Below, piece after piece: positions 1-8,503 of a stretch of DNA of 64,000 nucleotides; the first letter of the stretch is position 1, and each line of letters begins with the position of its first letter. The position numbers were made by a program, and so were the translations under genes. Source of the DNA: an uncultured Acidobacteriota bacterium (GTDB taxonomy: Bacteria; Acidobacteriota; Thermoanaerobaculia; UBA5066); the NCBI GenBank assembly GCA_963779415.1, contig CAVZYA010000003.1:1617-65616 (forward strand), read 5' to 3'. The notes beneath the pieces are model-generated. The model was not told the origin of the DNA. It saw only the letters and a list, made by a program, of their open reading frames with translations, and did no database searches.

Positions 1-3000
1 CGTAGATGTAGTGGATGAAACGGCAGCCACCGTCTGTCGGCAGGACGTCGGCGAAGAGGGAGTTCCCCCCCGCCGTGCAGTTGTAGCTGCCGATGCCCGA
101 AACGGTCCCGCTGGCGGGCACCGTACCTGTCGGACCAACCATGGCCGTGGCAAGGAAGACGGCCATCTGCCAGCGGGTGACGTCGCTGCCCGGGCAGTAG
201 TTGTCGCCGCCGCAGCCAGCCGTGAGTCCCTGGGAATAGATGTAATGAATGAACTTGCAGCCGCCGTCCGTCGGCAGGACGTCGGCGAAGAGGGAGTTCC
301 CCCCCGCCGTGCAGTTGTAGCTGCCGATGCCCGAAACGGTCCCGCTGGCGGGCACCGTACCTGTCGGACCAACCATGGCCGGGGCAAGGAAGACGGCCAT
401 CTGCCAGCGGGTGACGTCGCTGCCCGGGCAGTAGTTGTCGCCGCCGCAGCCAGCCGTTATGCCGTTGTGGAGCAGGGTCTCGACGAAGCGGTAGGCGCCG
501 TTGGAGACGGACACGTCGGTAAAGCTCTCGCCGACGTGGAGAGTCCAGAATTTCATGCCGCCGGTGCTGAGCGTTTCGAGAAAGGTGGCGTCCCAGTGGA
601 CTGCCGGGCGCGTGGCTGGATTGGAGATGGACAGGCGGTAAGACGGTCCCCCGGCCGAGAAGCTGTCGGCCGTAGCTCCGGGGGCAATGGTCCCGTATCC
701 CGCCGCTGTGTCAAGTAGCGTGTAGGTCGCCCCGCTCGGTCCGGTGAACGCGGAAGCTGTACCAGTGAGAGCCAGCGGTGAGGCGCTGACGTTCTTCCAG
801 GCGGGGTTGACGAGGACGGTCTCGCCCGGCTCAATAACGCCGTTCACGTTGGAATCCGTCGTGCCCGAACCGTGAGCGTCCTCGACGAGACCGGCGGGCT
901 GGACATTGATGTTGACGTATGCCGTGGCGGTCGATGAGACGCAACCCGCGGTAGTCGTCTCGGTTACCGTGAGGATGGTGACGCCCGAATTTCCCGCTGT
1001 AAACGTGACCTGGCTCGTGGTGGCTCCGGCGGTGATGATGCCGTTGGTGATGCCCCAGAGGTAGCTATTCCCGACGTGAAGCGTGACATCCGCGGTGAGC
1101 TCCGTTTCCCCCGAGAGCGCCGAAGCGGGCGCCGTAATGACGGGGATGTCCGGGGTCGAGTTGACGACGACCACCGTGTTTCCGACGTCCGAGGCGCAGC
1201 CGGCGACGGTGACAGTGACGCTGTAAGTTCCCGCATTCGCCTCTGTTGCGTTGGGGATCGTGGGGTTCTGAGCTGTGGAGGTGAAACCGTTTGGCCCGGT
1301 CCAGGAATAGGTCGCGCCTAGCACCGCGGACGTCGAAAGTGAAATGGTCTCCCCGACGCAGTAAGGCCCCCCGTTGAACGCCGTGGGGGTCCACGAGCAC
1401 GAGTACGTGTACGCCGACGGCAGGCTTCCCGCCTGAAGGTCGGGGTTCGTCACGGTCACGGTCACCGCCCCGGCCGCGTGAATGGGCGTGAGGGCGTAGA
1501 TCGTCGACGCCGACAAATACGTCACACCCGTGGCTGCCGCGCCTCCGATTGTCACCGTGGATCCAGGCTGGAACTCGGTTCCCGAGACCGTCACGACGGT
1601 CCCGCCCGAGACGGGTCCGCTCGCAGGAGAGACTCCCGTCACCGTCGGCGAAGGCCCCGCGCCTGGCGTAAGTCGAAACACGACCCCGCCGCCACCAGGT
1701 CCGCCCGCCGACGTCGTCCCATAAAAGTTCCCGTCGGTTCCCTGCATGAGGGCGGCCCGCGGGTACTCCCCGTCACTCCCCGTGAACGAATGAAGCGTCG
1801 TCAGGATCCCAGCCTTCGTGATCTGGAAGATCGTGCCCGACGCGCTCGCGCCGCCGGAATACGTCGTCCCATAGAAGTTCCCGTCCGTGCCTTCCACGAG
1901 GCCGGCCAGCGGAATAGCCCCGTCGGCACCCGAGAGGGAGAAGGAGTAGATCGTCGTAAGAGTCCCCCCAGGTGTGATCTTGAAGACCGTGCCCGCATCG
2001 CTCGCGCCGCCGTTCCCCGTCGTCCCGTAGAAGTTACCGTCGGTGCCCTGCACGAGGCCGATGTACGGACCTCCCCCATCGGGGACCCCTGTGAACGAGT
2101 AGAGCGTCGTCAGCGCCCCCACCGGCGTGATCTTGAATATCGTCCCCTTATCCCACGCGCCGCCGGAAGACGTCGTCCCGTAGAAGCTCCCGTCGGTCCC
2201 CAGCACGAGGCCGATCCACGGAGACGCCCCGTCGCTCCCCGCGAAGGAGTAGAGCGTCGTCAGCACCCCCGCCGGCGTGATCTTGAATATCGTCCCCTTA
2301 TCCCACGCGCCGCCGGAAGCCGTCGTCCCGTAGAAGCTGCCGTCGGTGGCCTGCACGATGCCGGCGATCGGATCTGCCCCGTCGCTCCAGGAGAACGAAT
2401 GAAGCGTCGTCAGCGCCCCCGCCGGCGTGATCTTGAAGACAGTGCCGCGGTAGTACGCGCCGCCGGTTATCGTCGTCCCGTAGAAGCTCCCGTCGGCCCC
2501 CTGCACGAGACCGGCGTGCGGATTCGCCCCGTCGCTGTAATTGAACGAGTGGAGCGTCGTCAGCGCCCCGGCCGTCGTGATCCAGAAGACCGTGCCGTAG
2601 CGGCTTGTGCCGCCCCTTTCTGTCGTCCCATAGAAATTCCCGTCGGTTCCCTGCACGAGGCCGGCGAACGGATTCTTCCCGTAAGCGTCCGACCCGGAGA
2701 AGGAGTGGAGCGTCGTCAGCGTGCCCGCCGGCGTGATCTTGAAAACCGTGCCCGCATCGCTCGCGCCGCCGAGATTCGTCGTCCCGTAGAAGCTTCCGTC
2801 GATTCCTTGCACGAGGCCGGCTTCCGGATTCGCCCCGTCGCTCCAGGAGAACAAATGGAGCGTCGTCAGCACCCCCGCCGGCGTAATCTTGAAGACTGTG
2901 CCGGCGGAGTAGGACGCGCCGCCGTACTTCGTCGTTCCGTAGAAGCTCCCATCGGTTCCTTGAATGAGGCCGCCGGACGGATTCGCTCCGTCGCTGTTAT

Positions 3001-3874
3001 TGAATGAGTGGAGCGTCGTCAGCACCCCCGCCGGCGTGATCTTGAATATCGTCCCCTTATCCCACGCGCCGCCGGAAGACGTCGTCCCGTAGAAGCTCCC
3101 ATCGGTCCCCAGCACGAGGCCGACCCACGGAGACGCCCCGTCGCTCCCCGCGAAGGAGTAGAGCGTCGTCAGCACCCCCGCCGGCGTGATCTTGAATATC
3201 GTCCCCTTATCCCACGTGCCGCCGAAAGCGGTCGTCCCGTAGAAGTTCCCGTCGGTCCCCTGCACGAGGCCGGCTTCCGGCTGGCTCCCATCGCTGCCAT
3301 CGAACGAGTGGAGCGTCGTCAGCGTGCCCGCCGGCGTGATCTTGAAGACCGTGCCATAGATGTTCGCGCCGCCGGAAGCCGTCGTCCCGTAGAAGTTCCC
3401 ATCGGTCCCCTGCAGGAGGCCGGCGAACGGAGACGCCCCATCGTCGCCATCGAACGAGTGGAGCGTCGTCAGCGTGCCGGCCGACGTGATCCTGAACACC
3501 GTTCCCCAATCGACTGCGCCCCCGGAAATCGTCGTCCCGTAGAAGCTCCCATCGGTACCCTCGATGAGAGTCCCATAGGGGTTCCGTCCGTCGCTCCCGG
3601 AGAAAGAGAAGATCGTCGTCAGCGTTCCTGCCGGCGTGATCTTGAAGACGCTGCCGAAACCATTGGCGCCCCCCTGACCCGTCGTACCGTAGAAGTTCCC
3701 GTCACCCGCTCGGACCAGACCTCGTGGAGACTGATACCCGGACGCGAAGGGATGGAGCACCGTGAAGGACTGCGCCACGGCAGGGGCTGCTGTGATCAAC
3801 ACGGCACAGACGATGGTCGACAGAACAGCACGACCACGGGCTGAAAGTACGTCAACGCGCACCCTTGGCCGCAT
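1..3874 (-). CDS. Large secreted cell-surface protein, C-terminal part cut by the window edge. It has a signal peptide, about 13 GloVer-type (choice-of-anchor) beta-propeller repeats, IPT/TIG and Ig-like domains, and tandem Cys-containing SLH-like modules.
   Basis: The minus strand is open from 3874 to the window edge, so the gene is absent from the ORF track. ATG at 3874 gives MRPRVRVDVLSARGRAVLSTIVCAVLITAAPAVAQS, a signal peptide. Hand translation shows repeated ...GDGNFYGTTxxGGAxGxGxVFKITPAGxLTTLHSF... units, then VTGVSPASGPVSGGTVVTVSGTEF (IPT/TIG-like), then FADVLPTDGGCxFIHYIYxxGLTAGCGGDNYCPGSDVTRWQMAVFLA modules at 1-470. Confidence 0.8.
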   Translation of the reverse strand, partial: MRPRVRVDVLSARGRAVLSTIVCAVLITAAPAVAQSFTVLHPFASGYQSPRGLVRAGDGNFYGTTGQGGANGFGSVFKITPAGTLTTIFSFSGSDGRNPYGTLIEGTDGSFYGTTISGGAVDWGTVFRITSAGTLTTLHSFDGDDGASPFAGLLQGTDGNFYGTTASGGANIYGTVFKITPAGTLTTLHSFDGSDGSQPEAGLVQGTDGNFYGTTAFGGTWDKGTIFKITPAGVLTTLYSFAGSDGASPWVGLVLGTDGSFYGTTSSGGAWDKGTIFKITPAGVLTTLHSFNNSDGANPSGGLIQGTDGSFYGTTKYGGASYSAGTVFKITPAGVLTTLHLFSWSDGANPEAGLVQGIDGSFYGTTNLGGASDAGTVFKITPAGTLTTLHSFSGSDAYGKNPFAGLVQGTDGNFYGTTERGGTSRYGTVFWITTAGALTTLHSFNYSDGANPHAGLVQGADGSFYGTTITGGAYYRGTVFKITPAGALTTLHSFSWSDGADPIAGIVQATDGSFYGTTASGGAWDKGTIFKITPAGVLTTLYSFAGSDGASPWIGLVLGTDGSFYGTTSSGGAWDKGTIFKITPVGALTTLYSFTGVPDGGGPYIGLVQGTDGNFYGTTGNGGASDAGTVFKITPGGTLTTIYSFSLSGADGAIPLAGLVEGTDGNFYGTTYSGGASASGTIFQITKAGILTTLHSFTGSDGEYPRAALMQGTDGNFYGTTSAGGPGGGGVVFRLTPGAGPSPTVTGVSPASGPVSGGTVVTVSGTEFQPGSTVTIGGAAATGVTYLSASTIYALTPIHAAGAVTVTVTNPDLQAGSLPSAYTYSCSWTPTAFNGGPYCVGETISLSTSAVLGATYSWTGPNGFTSTAQNPTIPNATEANAGTYSVTVTVAGCASDVGNTVVVVNSTPDIPVITAPASALSGETELTADVTLHVGNSYLWGITNGIITAGATTSQVTFTAGNSGVTILTVTETTTAGCVSSTATAYVNINVQPAGLVEDAHGSGTTDSNVNGVIEPGETVLVNPAWKNVSASPLALTGTASAFTGPSGATYTLLDTAAGYGTIAPGATADSFSAGGPSYRLSISNPATRPAVHWDATFLETLSTGGMKFWTLHVGESFTDVSVSNGAYRFVETLLHNGITAGCGGDNYCPGSDVTRWQMAVFLAPAMVGPTGTVPASGTVSGIGSYNCTAGGNSLFADVLPTDGGCKFIHYIYSQGLTAGCGGDNYCPGSDVTRWQMAVFLATAMVGPTGTVPASGTVSGIGSYNCTAGGNSLFADVLPTDGGCRFIHYIY
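3..470 (-). repeat. Two near-identical 234-bp (78-codon) tandem copies encoding SLH-like modules; the array may continue beyond the window
   Basis: caggacgtcggcgaagagggagttccccccc starts at 41 and again at 275, a period of 234. Only about 8 mismatches were seen by eye, clustered at the unit junction. Confidence 0.85.
1690..3720 (-). repeat. Coding tandem array of about 13 repeats of 150-153 bp (50-51 aa GloVer-type units)
   Basis: The motif gtgatcttgaa(t/g)a(t/c)cgt(c/g)cc recurs at 1974, 2127, 2277 and so on, with a 150-153 bp period. All copies are in frame within the minus-strand CDS. Confidence 0.8.
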
Positions 3875-4278
3875 TCCTCGTAGTTGGGCCACGACCGTTC
3901 GGTCCGCAAGAGGCCCGTTCCGCGAGCCGAGGTCACGAAGAAGGCCGACGTCGCCGTGAGGGGTAGAAGGCGTGTGGACTCTCGGCAGGCCCGAAAACGG
4001 GACGACGAATTCGTTCTCGCTTGAGAAGCCCAGCCGGCCCCTTACATCGCACAGCGAGAAGCAGACTGACTCGTCTCCGTGTCGGACCGCCTTGCGGCGG
4101 AGTCGCGTGCCGACCGTGAGGGCGGAGAAGCGCATACCACTCGCCTTCCTGGGTCGGAGGAGGGGCTGGTCGTGTCCCCCCGGCGCGGCGACGCTCGTCC
4201 CGGCGGCCCGTTTACGTTCTTCTTGCGCGGAGATTCTATTCCCCTATGCGGGCAGCGAATCTACCTATCGTCTCCATC

Positions 4279-4500
4279 TTCGGGGCGACTCTCGGAAAGA
4301 GCGTGAATCTCGGCTCGTTCAAGGGATTTGAAGGGGGGAAGAACGGATCGATGAGGATGAGTCAATTCGGTAAAGAGCAGATCGGCCCGCCGGTGCGCTT
4401 CGGTCTGGGAGCCTACGATCCCTGCTTGAACTCTGGCACTGGCACCGCGTCTCCCTCCCCGAACCCGAACGGTCAGTTGGTGCCGGTCTAGGACAACTTC
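4279..4500 (+). mobile_element. Degenerate remnant of an IS3-family left end plus a truncated orfA start
   Basis: 4279-4400 aligns by eye with the left end of the intact IS at 8431-8550: tc(a)ggggc(c/g)(g/a)ctctcg(a/g)aaa..., ...ggatcgatgagga. The derived peptide MRMSQFGKEQIG compares with MRKSRYTEEQIA, and the frame then collapses. Confidence 0.5.
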
Positions 4501-4750
4501 TTCTGCGTGTTCTACCGGTCCTACGTCCAGGCGCCGCCCGGTGAAGGTCGCCGGGAGTGCCCGACGCCGGGCTGCAAGTGGCCGACCGGGTTCGGGAAGT
4601 TCGCTACACTGCCGCAACGATCGAGGAGCGCGGCGAGGGCCTGAAACTTAGAGGCCGCCTTCAGGTCGGCTTCGTCCAGAAGATCTCGCCGACCGTTCAG
4701 GCCCCGCCGGCTAGAGCAGCATGGCGTGAGCTCCTTCGGGTCACGAACGG

Positions 4751-5011
4751 TCAGGAGGTCTCCCCGCTTCCGTCCTCCAGGCCTAGCAAAGGAGCCACGA
4801 CGGCGCCGAGAATCTCGGCCGTGACTGTCGCCTCGAGGCGTGTCGACTCGGCGAGACCGGCTCGCCGGCTCTGGATCTCATTGGCGACTTCCTCGGCTAC
4901 GTCAGGATCAGCGGCCCGCAGTCGCCGGGCGAGCTGGACGGCGACGGCGAGAAGTTCGGCGCGACCGGCCTCGACCTGCTCGAGAAGGTCCCGAAGGTCC
5001 TCGGCTGGCAA
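4751..5011 (-). CDS. Hypothetical small helical protein (86 aa)
   Basis: The ORF has a non-shadow composition (acidic, helical) and lies directly downstream of 5063..5377 on the same strand. No recognisable family. Confidence 0.35.
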   Translation of the reverse strand: MPAEDLRDLLEQVEAGRAELLAVAVQLARRLRAADPDVAEEVANEIQSRRAGLAESTRLEATVTAEILGAVVAPLLGLEDGSGETS

Positions 5012-5062
5012 CGGGGTGGACGTCTATCCGCGACGGCTTCGAATCGGGCGGCGGCTGCCAGA

Positions 5063-5377
5063 TCAGTTCGTCGGCTCGAAAAGGATCTCGCCGACCAGCT
5101 CGCTCCCCGTGTCTCGGATGATCGAGATGAGGATCGTTTCCCCGCGAAAATCCATGAGGACGTCCTCCGTCTCCGGGTTGTACTTCTCGACGGCGGCGTG
5201 AACCGAGTCGATCAGACTCGTCGCGTCCGGCTCGCTTTCGAGGTTCTCCACCAGCTCCGACGGGAAGGCGTAGCGCAGCGGCTCCTGATCGTCGAGCTGG
5301 AGGACGAATCCGCGGCCGTTCTCGCGAAAGGCGTGCCGAGCGAGCCGGAGCAACTCTTTCTGGTCCAAGTGCCGCAT
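5063..5377 (-). CDS. Hypothetical protein (104 aa)
   Basis: Balanced amino-acid composition, unlike the Arg-rich shadow frames. ATG start, divergent from 5538..6356. No recognisable family. Confidence 0.5.
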   Translation of the reverse strand: MRHLDQKELLRLARHAFRENGRGFVLQLDDQEPLRYAFPSELVENLESEPDATSLIDSVHAAVEKYNPETEDVLMDFRGETILISIIRDTGSELVGEILFEPTN

Positions 5378-5537
5378 CGTTTACGCGAGAGATTATCCGC
5401 ATCGCTGACCCGTTCCAGCTTCCGAGCGCAAAGACTTCGGCGTAGGCTTGAGATAGAATCTCGGTCGCATGGCCCGGCGAGCGATCTGAAACGCGGTCCC
5501 TTCCGGGCGGAGGACCGATGAACAAGGAGGGACGCTC

Positions 5538-6356
5538 ATGAAGCCAAGGCCATTTCTAAATTCCGGTTTCGTAGCGACCAGCGTCATCGTCACGTTGATC
5601 GTCTCTTCCGCTGGCGCCCGCGCGCAGGTGCCCGGGCGCGGAGATCCGGACAAGTACGGCAGCGCTCGCGTGACGGGTACGGCGTCCGAGGTGGGTATTA
5701 CAGGAGCCCGCATGCCGGACTGGGGGACCAGTTCGACGAGCATTCTGAGGATCGGGTCGAGTAGCTTCGCTCCGAACTCTTCGTCCAGTCTCTGGGATGG
5801 GGCCGGCGGCTGGCTGATGGGAACTAACCCGGCGCAACCGCCACCGCTTCACTTTTCGGCGAGCCTCCAACTTCCGTCGGGTGCGCTGATCAAGTCGTTC
5901 GCTGCGGAGGTCTACGACAACTCTGGGCCCGGGGACATTACCGTCTGGATAGAAGCCTGTCAGAACCTGAACGGTGCGTGCGTAACCACCCCGACCGTTA
6001 CGACATCTGGAACGCCGTTGTTCATGTGGCTCACCAGTACGTTGTCGTCTCCGATCACCATCGACAACAGCGCGAACAACTACGTCGTCTGGGTCGACCT
6101 GGGATCGCGCGACCCGGGCAACGCTTTCCGTAGCGTGGTCATCAACTACCAGCTTCAGGTCTCGCCGGCTCCCGCGTTCGCCACGTTCGCCGACGTCCCA
6201 GTGGGTAGTACGTACCACAGGTTCGTCGAGGCCCTCTACGCGGCGGGCATCACGGCCGGATGCGGGGGCGGGAACTTCTGCCCCAACACGCCGGTCACGC
6301 GCGGCCAAATGGCGGTATTCCTTTCTGCAGCCCTCGGCCTCTACTGGCCCAACTGA
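5538..6356 (+). CDS. Secreted protein with a C-terminal Cys-containing SLH-like module
   Basis: An N-terminal hydrophobic signal is followed by AGARAQ. The C-terminus FADVPVGSTYHRFVEALYAAGITAGCGGGNFCPNTPVTRGQMAVFLSAAL matches the module repeated at 1-470. Confidence 0.8.
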   Translation: MKPRPFLNSGFVATSVIVTLIVSSAGARAQVPGRGDPDKYGSARVTGTASEVGITGARMPDWGTSSTSILRIGSSSFAPNSSSSLWDGAGGWLMGTNPAQPPPLHFSASLQLPSGALIKSFAAEVYDNSGPGDITVWIEACQNLNGACVTTPTVTTSGTPLFMWLTSTLSSPITIDNSANNYVVWVDLGSRDPGNAFRSVVINYQLQVSPAPAFATFADVPVGSTYHRFVEALYAAGITAGCGGGNFCPNTPVTRGQMAVFLSAALGLYWPN

Positions 6357-6465
6357 GCTTCTTTCCGTCGCGCTGATTCCACTCTCAGGAGAAGGCTTCG
6401 GCCGAGCTGAGGCTCTGGTCCGGGCAACTCATCTTCAAGAGCGGCGGCGGGTCCTCGCGGTAAAT

Positions 6466-6700
6466 GTAAGGGCGCAATGGGAATTGCCGGGGGCGATCTC
6501 GCCTAAAACGTGCGGTCCTCTCCTCGAGTTTCCTTGGTTCCGTTCGGCCAGACTGGCACTCTGCCCGGATGGACGCTCTCTATGCGTTCTTTCCGGTACG
6601 GTCGACTCGGCTGTCCCGGCCATCCCGCCGGAGGCCGTTCGATCCATCCGGCAGCGCTTTCAGCCCTCCGACGCGCTATCCATCTCCCCGTCCGCGCCCT
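6466..6700 (+). repeat. Repeat family A, copy A1 (terminus plus about 210-nt core)
   Basis: Starts gtaagggcgcaatgggaattgccggggg. It aligns with A4 over about 210 nt and with A2, A3 and A5 over about 70-130 nt. Confidence 0.8.
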
Positions 6701-6836
6701 CGGCTCGAGTTCTGGTCCGGACGAATTACCGGGGTGAAGAGCCCCTGCTGAGGACGGTCCCGAGCCGTCGGCCGACATCCGAGACGGAGTTGGCGAGATT
6801 CGCGTATTCTCGAAGAGGCCCGATCGCGGGTCGCAA

Positions 6837-7289
6837 ATGCAATCCTTTGTCGAACATCGTCACGCACTGGTCAACTTAGGCTGCGCCGTATTTCTCGTCG
6901 TCCTGACGTGGATCGACTACGTCACCGGTTACGAGTTCGGCTTCTTCATCTTCTACTTCATCCCCGTTTCCATCGCCGCCTGGTACGTCGGCCGCAGGTC
7001 TGGCTTGGCGTTCGCGTTCGCCTCGGGCGTGGCGTGGTACGTCTCCGACCGGCTGAGCCTGCATCCCTATTCGAAGGTGTTCTTCATCTACTGGGAGACG
7101 TTCATGCGCCTGGTCTCGTTCCTCACGACCGCGCTGACACTCAGCAAGATCCGGGAGCTCGCGTCGGCGCACGTGAAGCTCCGGGAGTTCCTGCGGGAGG
7201 CGCACGAGGTGAACGCGGACCTGAAACGGAAGCTGGAGCAGGCGGCACCGGGACGCGAGAACCCCGGCGGCCGGCCCCCGGACGCCTGA
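6837..7289 (+). CDS. Small integral membrane protein (about 3-4 TM segments plus a coiled-coil tail), resembling a stand-alone sensor-type TM module
   Basis: Hydrophobic segments (FFIFYFIPVSIAAWYVG, LAFAFASGVAWYV, FMRLVSFLTTALTL) are followed by a charged helix. The family assignment (DUF4118-like) is only an impression. Confidence 0.65.
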   Translation: MQSFVEHRHALVNLGCAVFLVVLTWIDYVTGYEFGFFIFYFIPVSIAAWYVGRRSGLAFAFASGVAWYVSDRLSLHPYSKVFFIYWETFMRLVSFLTTALTLSKIRELASAHVKLREFLREAHEVNADLKRKLEQAAPGRENPGGRPPDA

Positions 7290-7345
7290 CGACTTCTTGC
7301 TGCGACCCGCAAACCCTTCTGACTACACGAACTTTAGACACGAAA

Positions 7346-7366
7346 CCCCGCGACGTCGTCGCGGGG
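7346..7366 (+). terminator. GC-rich hairpin downstream of 6837..7289
   Basis: ccccgcgac-gtc-gtcgcgggg forms a 9-bp stem. There is no clean U-tract after it (cattcgtt). Confidence 0.4.
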
Positions 7367-7407
7367 CATTCGTTAACCGCGGACCCCTCTGGAGTTCGCG
7401 GGAGAGA

Positions 7408-7551
7408 GTAGTGGCTCCCCACTCGGTCGGCTACACGAACCCCGTTCTCAGGCAGAACAGAGAACATTCAACCCGTTCTCAGCCCCGAAACGCTTCCGAT
7501 TCAATGAGTTGACCCAGGGATGCGCGGAGCCTCCGTGAAACTACGACCCCA
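7408..7551 (+). repeat. Repeat family B, copy B1 (144 nt); candidate structured RNA or transposon-internal module
   Basis: Same length as 12739-12882 and about 75% identical by eye. The ends gtagtggctcccc...gcggag(c/t)ctc(c/t)gtga.act.c.acccca are conserved and can pair (GGCUCC/GGAGCC; GUAG/CUAC). Confidence 0.7.
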
Positions 7552-7606
7552 CTCTCCTGTTCGATGTCGGTTGACCTCTTCGCACCGCCCGACCTAACGT
7601 GCCCTT

Positions 7607-7936
7607 GTGGGCAGAACTCCGAAACGCATCCTCGCCGCCCGGGCCATCGCGGTCCTCGCGGACGCCATTCAGCTCGGGTTCCTGCCCCTATTCGCAGGAG
7701 GAGCGCCGGAGGGATTCGATGCCGCGCTGGACCTCGTGGTTTGTGGCGCGATGATCGTGCTCGTCGGGTGGCACTGGGCCTTTCTTCCGGCCTTCATCGC
7801 CGAGGCTCTCCCGGGCGTGGATCTCGCGCCCACGTGGACTCTGGCCGTGCTCTTCGCGACGCGCGGGCAGAGTCGAACGAACGTCCCCGCCGAGGCCATC
7901 CGTATAGAGCCGCCACGGCTACCTCCAGCCAAGTAG
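7607..7936 (+). CDS. Small membrane protein (109 aa), unknown function
   Basis: GTG start. Two or three hydrophobic helices (AIAVLADAIQLGFLPLF, LVVCGAMIVLVGWHWAFLPAFI, WTLAVLFA). Confidence 0.5.
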   Translation: MGRTPKRILAARAIAVLADAIQLGFLPLFAGGAPEGFDAALDLVVCGAMIVLVGWHWAFLPAFIAEALPGVDLAPTWTLAVLFATRGQSRTNVPAEAIRIEPPRLPPAK

Positions 7937-8133
7937 TCCCTAGCAGCATGGGCGCAACGGGCTCTTCCGGTCACCGATGCGGCCTGACGTGCGTTCGGCG
8001 AGCAGACGAGCGACGGCGGAACGTTGGCCTTCCACCGCCGGGACGGACCCCGACTCCGTCATGGCGAGAGTATACAGGCCGCGATTGAGACACAGGGGGC
8101 CGGCCCGGCGAGCGCAGGAACCTCTTCGACTGA

Positions 8134-8410
8134 AGCACCTATGCCCCCGTCTGGAAACCTTACGGGATTCTGGCGAGGCACAGGGGCCCGGATTCGTCGA
8201 GCCTCACGGTGTGGGACCGGAACAAACTGCCCGCGGAGGTCGATCGGGTGGACCTAGCGACGGGACGCCGAACGCGGGTCCTCACCGTTCTCCCCGCCGA
8301 CCCGGTCGGAATCCCGGGAATCCAGGGGCTCCAGATCACCCCGAACGGCCGGGCCTACACCTACAACGTCACCCGCAAGCTATCCGAACTCTTTCTCATC
8401 GAAGGGGGTC
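8134..8410 (+). pseudogene. 3' fragment of a TolB-like/WD40-like beta-propeller gene (as found on Ser/Thr kinases), truncated upstream and hit by the IS at its 3' end
   Basis: The frame gives ...VWDRNKLPAEVDRVDLATGRRTRVLTVLPADPVGIPGIQGLQITPNGRAYTYNVTRKLSELFLIEG, a typical last propeller blade. There is an in-frame stop just upstream at 8131-8133, and neighbouring frames look like decayed continuation. Confidence 0.5.
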
Positions 8411-8503
8411 TGATCCCCGATTCTTAGTCAGGGGCCGCTCTCGAAAAGGGGCGTAGATTTCGGTTCGTTCTGAGGCTCCGGGAGGGGCCGGGAGGACGGA
8501 TCG

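Noticed and set aside
1-470. Possible DGR variable/template repeat pair
   Set aside because: No reverse transcriptase lies nearby. The few mismatches are not adenine-specific, and both copies are in-frame tandem units of one gene.
1690-3720. Regular tandem repeats that could be mistaken for a CRISPR array
   Set aside because: The period is 150-153 bp and the units are diverged throughout. There are no short conserved repeats alternating with unique spacers. The array is in frame and encodes 50-aa protein repeats.
1478-3844. Long + strand ORFs (1478..3007 and 3008..3844) with repetitive Arg/Pro-rich translations
   Set aside because: They are antisense shadow frames of the minus-strand GloVer-repeat gene. 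The minus-strand translation gives a signal peptide and well-known repeat motifs, whereas the + frames are low-complexity Arg-rich.
3875-4140. Possible longer N-terminus of the surface protein, since the frame stays open up to an ATG near 4135
   Set aside because: The signal peptide begins right after ATG 3874, and the upstream extension has no secretion signal or recognisable domain. The longer form cannot be excluded.
6435-6647. Small conserved minus-strand ORFs inside family A repeats (6435..6647, 11307..11519, 12566..12802 and part of 15801..16211)
   Set aside because: The peptide similarity simply mirrors the DNA similarity. Indels between copies put the similar stretches in different frames, and the starts and stops are not conserved.
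7509-7542. Sigma-70 promoter inside repeat B (TTGACC ... GAAACT / TGTGATACT)
   Set aside because: The spacing in copy B1 is 20-22 nt, which is too long, and the -10 is poorly conserved between the two copies.
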